A stretch of DNA of 64,000 bases from Mobula hypostoma (Eukaryota). The notes beneath the pieces are model-generated. The model had not been told where the DNA came from. It saw nothing but the letters and a program-made list of their open reading frames with translations, and did not search any database. Location: assembly GCF_963921235.1 (NCBI RefSeq), contig NC_086097.1, positions 177,632,001 through 177,696,000 of the forward strand. The letters run 5' to 3'. Shown here in pieces: positions 58,720-64,000 of this stretch (the first letter of the stretch is position 1; every line of letters begins with the position of its first letter). The position numbers and the translations under genes are program-made.

Positions 58720-60340
58720 GTAGGAGCACTTGGCAGTATCTGTGGAGAGAGAAGCAGAGCTAATATTTCAGGTTGGAGGCCCTTGATCAGAACTGGAAAA
58801 AGAGGGCGAAAAAAGGTGGTCTTAAGAGGGTGGAGGAGGGATGGATAGTGCAAAGGGTTAAGCTGGGATTGCTATGGTGGTAAACTGATGGTCAGATGAT
58901 TATTGAGAGCAGTGAGTGCGAGAGAGGGAGTGTGTGTGAAATAAAAGAGTGAGAGACTATGAGAGTGTGTCTGTTTGTGTATGCGAGAGGGAAAACTACA
59001 AAAAAATATAAAATCTGTGAAATTCAGATCTGCAGGAAATTCCCAGTAGGTCAGGCGGGTAAAACCAAAGAGTGCAATTCAAAAAACTTGTGTGCCTTTC
59101 TGGTCACTCCATTATAAGAGGGATATAGAGGTGCTCAGGAGTTCTGCCAGATGCTGTGTGGATTCGAGGGAAGGAGAGGTTGGTTAAGCTTGTGTGTTTT
59201 TCTCTGGAGTGTTGGAGGCTGAGGGAAAATCTGATAGAAGTTTGTAAAATTATGAGGTGCATAAATAGGGTAGATGGTCAGAATCTTTGTCCTACCATAG
59301 AAATGTCAAGTACTTGCATTTAAGATGCAAATGAGAAGCTTAAAGAAGATATGTAGGGCAAGTATTTTTTTTGCACAGAGTAGTGGGAGCTTGGAATGGC
59401 TGCCCGGGATCATAGTGGAGGCAGATATGATAGTTGTGTTTAAGAGATTTTCAGATAGCTTCGTGAGTATGCAGGTCTTGGGATATGGACTATGTGTACG
59501 CAGAAGAGATTTGGTTTAATTCAGTATAATGTTTGGCGCAGCCTTTGTGAGCTAAAAGGTCAGTTCCTTACTCTACTTGTTTATTTATTTTTTATTTAGA
59601 GATACAGCGCAGTAACAGGACCTTCTGGCCCAATGAGACCGGGCCGCTCAATTACACCCATGTGGCCAATTATCCTACTAACCTGTACGTCTATGTGATG
59701 TAGGAGAAATCCCATGCAGTCACAGGGAGAACGTTCAATCTACTTGCAGACAATGGCTGAACTGAACCTGGATTGCTGGGGCTGTGATAGCATTACATTA
59801 ACCCCTTCAGTACTACGTCGCCTGTACTGTTCGAAGAGTCAGTATTATCGAACCACTTACAAGTCCCTGGTTATCAACAGCAGAATCAGCAGGTTCTGGT
59901 ACACAGGGAAAGTGAGTTACCTGAAACTGCTGAATATGATATTAATTCCCGATGAATGGAAGCTGCCCAGACAGAAGGAGAAATGCTGCTGGTTGATGTT
60001 ATATTGTACTTTATGATAACAGTAGGAGAGGTTCTATATAATACAGAATGCATAACCAGTGAACACTACAGCCATTGTGTTGTGGGGAAGAGTTAGTGAG
60101 TTAAAATGCCTGAACCACCGGGTCAGTGGGTTAAGGTAGCTCTGGAAAGTACTGGTGTTTGTTAGGTATAGGGATACACCTGGTCACCTCACTGTAAACT
60201 TTCTTACTGCTATACACGACCAATCATTCCTCTTCCCTCTCAGTCTTGGCTCAAGGTAGCAGCTTGACCAGAAATGTGCACTTGTACTCTTTTCCTCCAC
60301 AGATGCTGTCTGACTCAGAGAGTTCTTCCAGCATTGAATT
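58720..60340 (-). mobile_element. Fragmented Penelope-like element interrupted by CR1 and a V-SINE, with an inverted terminus at ~60180-60340
   Basis: Terminus with hammerhead relic at 58757-58795 (-), piece at 59890-60030 homologous to 35690-35770, + strand terminus CACAGATGCTGTCTGACTCAGAGAGTTCTTCCAGCA. Confidence 0.55.
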
Positions 60341-60689
60341 TTTTAATAGTGCATGCTTCATTTATGAAGGGGAAAGCAGACCATCAGGAAGAGACTATTT
60401 GGCACATTATGTCCCTGCCTGTTAGCTATTAATTAGTTGGGCAATCCATGGTCTTGTGGGTTAGGGGACATCTGGTGCCGGATCCTATTGCATTTTAAAT
60501 AATGAGAGGGTTTCAACTCCACCACCCTTTCAGGCAGTGAGCTGCAGGTTGTAGTCACTGAGTGAAACCCTTTTCCTAATTTCTTTAATTTCCCTCACGA
60601 ATTTTTACAGATGCACCATAGAAAGTATCCTGTATGGATGCATTACCACTTGTTATGGTAACTGCTCTACAGAAGACCACAAGAAATTG

Positions 60690-63250
60690 TGAATTCCTTC
60701 ATTGAAAGTGCCAAGACAAAGCTTTCAGCACGATCTTGACCAGCAGGGAAAATGGGCTGCAAAAGGACAAATGGAATTTAAGACCATAAGATATAGGAGC
60801 AGAAGTAGGCCATCGAGTCTGCTCCGCCATTCAGTCATGGGCTGATCCAATTCTTCCAGTCATCCCCACTCCCCTGCCTTCCCCCCATACCCTTTGATGC
60901 CCTGGCTAATCAAGAACATATCTATCTCTGCCTTAAGTACACGCAATGACTTGGCCTCCACAGCTGCTCATGGCAACAAATTCCAGATTTACCACCCTCT
61001 GACTAAAGTAATTTATCCGCATCTCAGTTCTAAAAGGACGTCCTTCAATCCTGAAGTTGTGCCCTCTAGTTCTAGACTCCCCTACCATGGCAAATAACTT
61101 TGCCATATCTAATCTGCTCAGGCCTTTTAACATTCAGAATGTTTTAATGAGATCCCCCCTCATTCTCCTGAACTCCAGAGAATACATGGAACATAGAATA
61201 GTACAGCACAGTACAGGCCCTTCAGCCCACAATGTTGTGCCGACCTTCAAACCCTGCCTCCCATATAACCCCCCACCTTAAATTCCTCCATGTACCTGTC
61301 CAGTAGTCTCTTAAATTTCACCAGTGTATCTGCCTCCACCACTGACTCAGGCAGTGCATTCTACGTGCCAACCACTCTGAGTGAAAAACCTTCCTCTAAT
61401 ATCCCTCTTGAACTTCCCACCCCTTACCTTAAAGCCATGTCTCCTTGTATTGAGCAGTGGTGCCCTGGGGAAGAGGCGCTGGCTGTCCACTCTATCTATT
61501 CTTCTTAATATCTTGTACACCTCTATCATGTCTCCTCTCATCCTCCTTCTCTCCAAAGAGTAAAGCCCTAGCTCCCTTAATTTCTGATCATAATCCATAC
61601 TCTCTAAACCAGGCAGCATCCTGGTAAATCTCCTCTGTACCCTTTCCATTGCTTCCACATCCTTCCTATAGTGAGGTGACCAGAACTGGACAATACAGCC
61701 CAAGAGCTGCCAGAGGTTCCTCATACAGTAACCCTTTCATTCCTGGAATCATTCTCGTGAAACTTCTCTAAACCCTCTCCAATGTCAGTATATCCTTTCT
61801 AAAATAAGGAGCTCAAAACTGCACACAATACTCCATGTGGTCTCACGAGTGCGTCATAGAGCCTTAACATCACATCCCTGCTCTGATATTTTATGCCTCT
61901 AGAAATGAATGCCAACATTGCATTTGCCTTCTTCACCACCAACTCAACCTGGAAGTTAACCTTTAGGGTATCCTGCACAAGGACTCCCAAGTTCCTTTGC
62001 ATCTCTGCATTTTGAATTCTCTCCCCATCTAAATAATAGTCTGCCCGTTTATTTCTACCACCAAAGTGCATGACCATACACTTTCCAACATTGTATTTCA
62101 TTTGCCACTTCTTTGCCCATTCCCCTGAATTTAATACAGATAAGTATGAGGTGTTGCATTTTGGGAGGATAAGCCAGAGTGGAGGAAAGATTCTACGAGT
62201 GGTCCCCCACGTCCTTCTCACAGAGCAGTTTTTTTTTACGAGGCCGAGTTGCGAGCTCGACACTCAACCGGGCACAGATGGACAGCGTGCCCGGGAGCGG
62301 CCCGACTGGATTCGAACTCGGGAACCTTCGCTCCGGAGTCCAGCACTGATGTCACTGCGCCACCAGAGGAGCTTTAGCACAGTGGCCTTCACAAATCAGG
62401 GCACTGAGTACTAGAGTTGGGAAGTTATAGTGAAATTGCACAAGAAGCTGGTGAGGGTGAATTTGGAGTATTGTGTATAGTATTGGTCAGATATCAATAA
62501 GCTCAAAAGAGTGCGAAGAGAATTTACAAGGACATTGCTGGGACTTGAGAACCTGAGTTACAGGGAAAGGTTGAATAGGTTAGAATTTTATTCTCCAGAT
62601 TGCAGAAGAATTAAGGGAGGTCTTATGGAGGTATACAAGTAAATGAGGGGTATAGATACTGTGAATGCTTGTAGGCCCCTCAGGTTGGGTGAGATTAGAA
62701 CTAGAGGTCATAGGCTTAGGATGAAGGATAAAATATTTAAGAGGAATCTGAGGGAAAATTTATTCACTCAGAGGATGGTGTAAGAGTGCAACAAGTTGCC
62801 AGCAGAAGTGCTGGATGCAGATTCAATTGTAGTATTTATGAGAAGTTTGGATAGGTCCATGACGGGAAGGGTTTGGAGCCCACATCACTTGCCTAAGAGA
62901 TTCTAAAACTCCTGGCTGGAGTGGATGTGGAGCAGATGTTTCCAGTAGCGGTAGAGTCTAGGATCAGAGAGCACAACCTTGGAATAAAAGGACATCTCTT
63001 TAGAATATACATGAAGAGGAATTTGTTCAGCCAGAGGTTGGTGAATCTGGAATTCATTGCCACAGATGGCCATAGAGACCAAGTCATTGAGTATATTTAA
63101 AGTGGAAGATGATGGGTTCTTGATTGGTAAGTGTGTCAAGGATAATGGAAAAAGGCAGGAAAATGTGGTTGAGAGGGAAAAATAAATCAGCCATGATCGA
63201 GTGGTGGAGCAGACTCGATGGGCTGAATGGCTGATCTCTGCTCCTATGCC
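60690..63250. mobile_element. Nested CR1 cluster: + host, - insert 60782-62126 (TSD GAATTTAA), second - insert 61187-61691 (AATACA duplicated)
   Basis: GAATTTAA at 60774-60781 and 62127-62134; AATACA at 61181-61186 and 61692-61697; ORFs 61347-61724 and 61799-62263 are CR1 RT C-termini. Confidence 0.88.
62184..62369 (-). mobile_element. Young tRNA(Arg-like)-derived SINE with an RTE-like body
   Basis: Minus strand GGTGGCGCAGTG (A-box), CTCCGGA loop, GAGTTCGAATCC (B-box), then CCGGTTGAGTGTCGAGCTCGCAACTCGGCCTCGTAAAA; CpG-rich. Confidence 0.78.
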
Positions 63251-64000
63251 TTGGCATGCAGAGAAGCTTATATGACTGACTCAGATATTCTTTAAAGCAA
63301 AGATTCCTCTGTCAGAGCCCAGACCAGCAAGAAATGTGATTGAATCGATGCAACTAATATTAAATAAATGTCCTCAAAATATTGGCAGTCATTCCATGCA
63401 AATAATGGCATTTAAATAGCCTTGACATGTTCATTTTTATGTGTGTTAAGGCATTATTTCATCGGCAATAGACGACTTTACAGCCAAGGAAATAATATTT
63501 TTGATGAGAACATATGACTTTTATTACTTGCCAGTTTCTCTGTCCTGTGGAAAACAACTACTTTGACCTCAATGCAACTATTTTGAAGAATTAATTTGCC
63601 CATTGAGGATAAAGTTAATGTTCTCCCTACATTCAATGCTGTAGTATCATCCATATGGAACTCCAGTGGACATTGAAAACTGTAAATTGATGATAATACC
63701 ATGAATTTCAAGCATTTATTTGGTTATCTGCGAGGAGTGGCTGGAGCAGAGGAATCTGACGAGGCATCCAGTGGAGGTGTACTAAACAATGAGAGCCATA
63801 GATTCAAGTTCAAATCAAGCTTATTGTCACGTGCACAAGTAGAGTGAAAAACTTGCAGCAGCATCACGGGCACATGGGTACAGACAACACACAAATATAA
63901 ATTATACATAAATTATGAAGATCACACAATGTAATTGAAGACCCCACCCACTCCAGGCATTCTCTCTTTTCCCCATTTCCATGAGACAGAAGAGAGCAAA

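Noticed and set aside
62290..62369. Functional tRNA gene
   Set aside because: No proper acceptor stem or cloverleaf, and it continues into a SINE body; the same applies to 5940-6025 and the V-SINE heads.
58528..64000. Further CHST9 coding exons
   Set aside because: No sulfotransferase motifs (e.g. VPKAGCSNWK) seen; short stem-region exons are poorly conserved and could be missed by eye.

Overview
Repeat-dominated vertebrate genomic DNA. The repeat mix (CR1 LINEs with (TTTCTATG)n/(CTCTATGA)n tails, HE1-like V-SINEs, Penelope-like elements, Rex1/Babar) suggests a cartilaginous fish, probably a ray; this is inference. One host gene is recognisable: the 5' end of CHST9 (GalNAc-4-O-sulfotransferase 2) on the + strand. 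It has a probable CpG-rich promoter and non-coding exon at ~37.3-37.7 kb and a first coding exon at 58340-58527 (MMRRRRCYTKDLAKDMKLRHIFLSVLFFGCVGLLFFVYLQAQIEEQSP|G), which the ORF track misses. The putative first intron holds a nest of DNA transposons: a hAT-Charlie/Buster element split in frame by a Tigger, followed by an IR/DR Tc1. Almost all ORF-track entries are transposon relics or microsatellite artefacts. The most notable non-obvious signals are: minimal hammerhead-ribozyme relics in Penelope termini, including fold-back elements made of two such termini; a LINE with a tRNA-derived head; nested RTE-type non-autonomous elements; an unclassified non-coding retroposon family; and a CHST9 start region with two in-frame start sites, an Arg-cluster extension and several uORFs. 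No wholly new system is proven from sequence alone. Repeat boundaries are approximate unless TIRs or TSDs are quoted.
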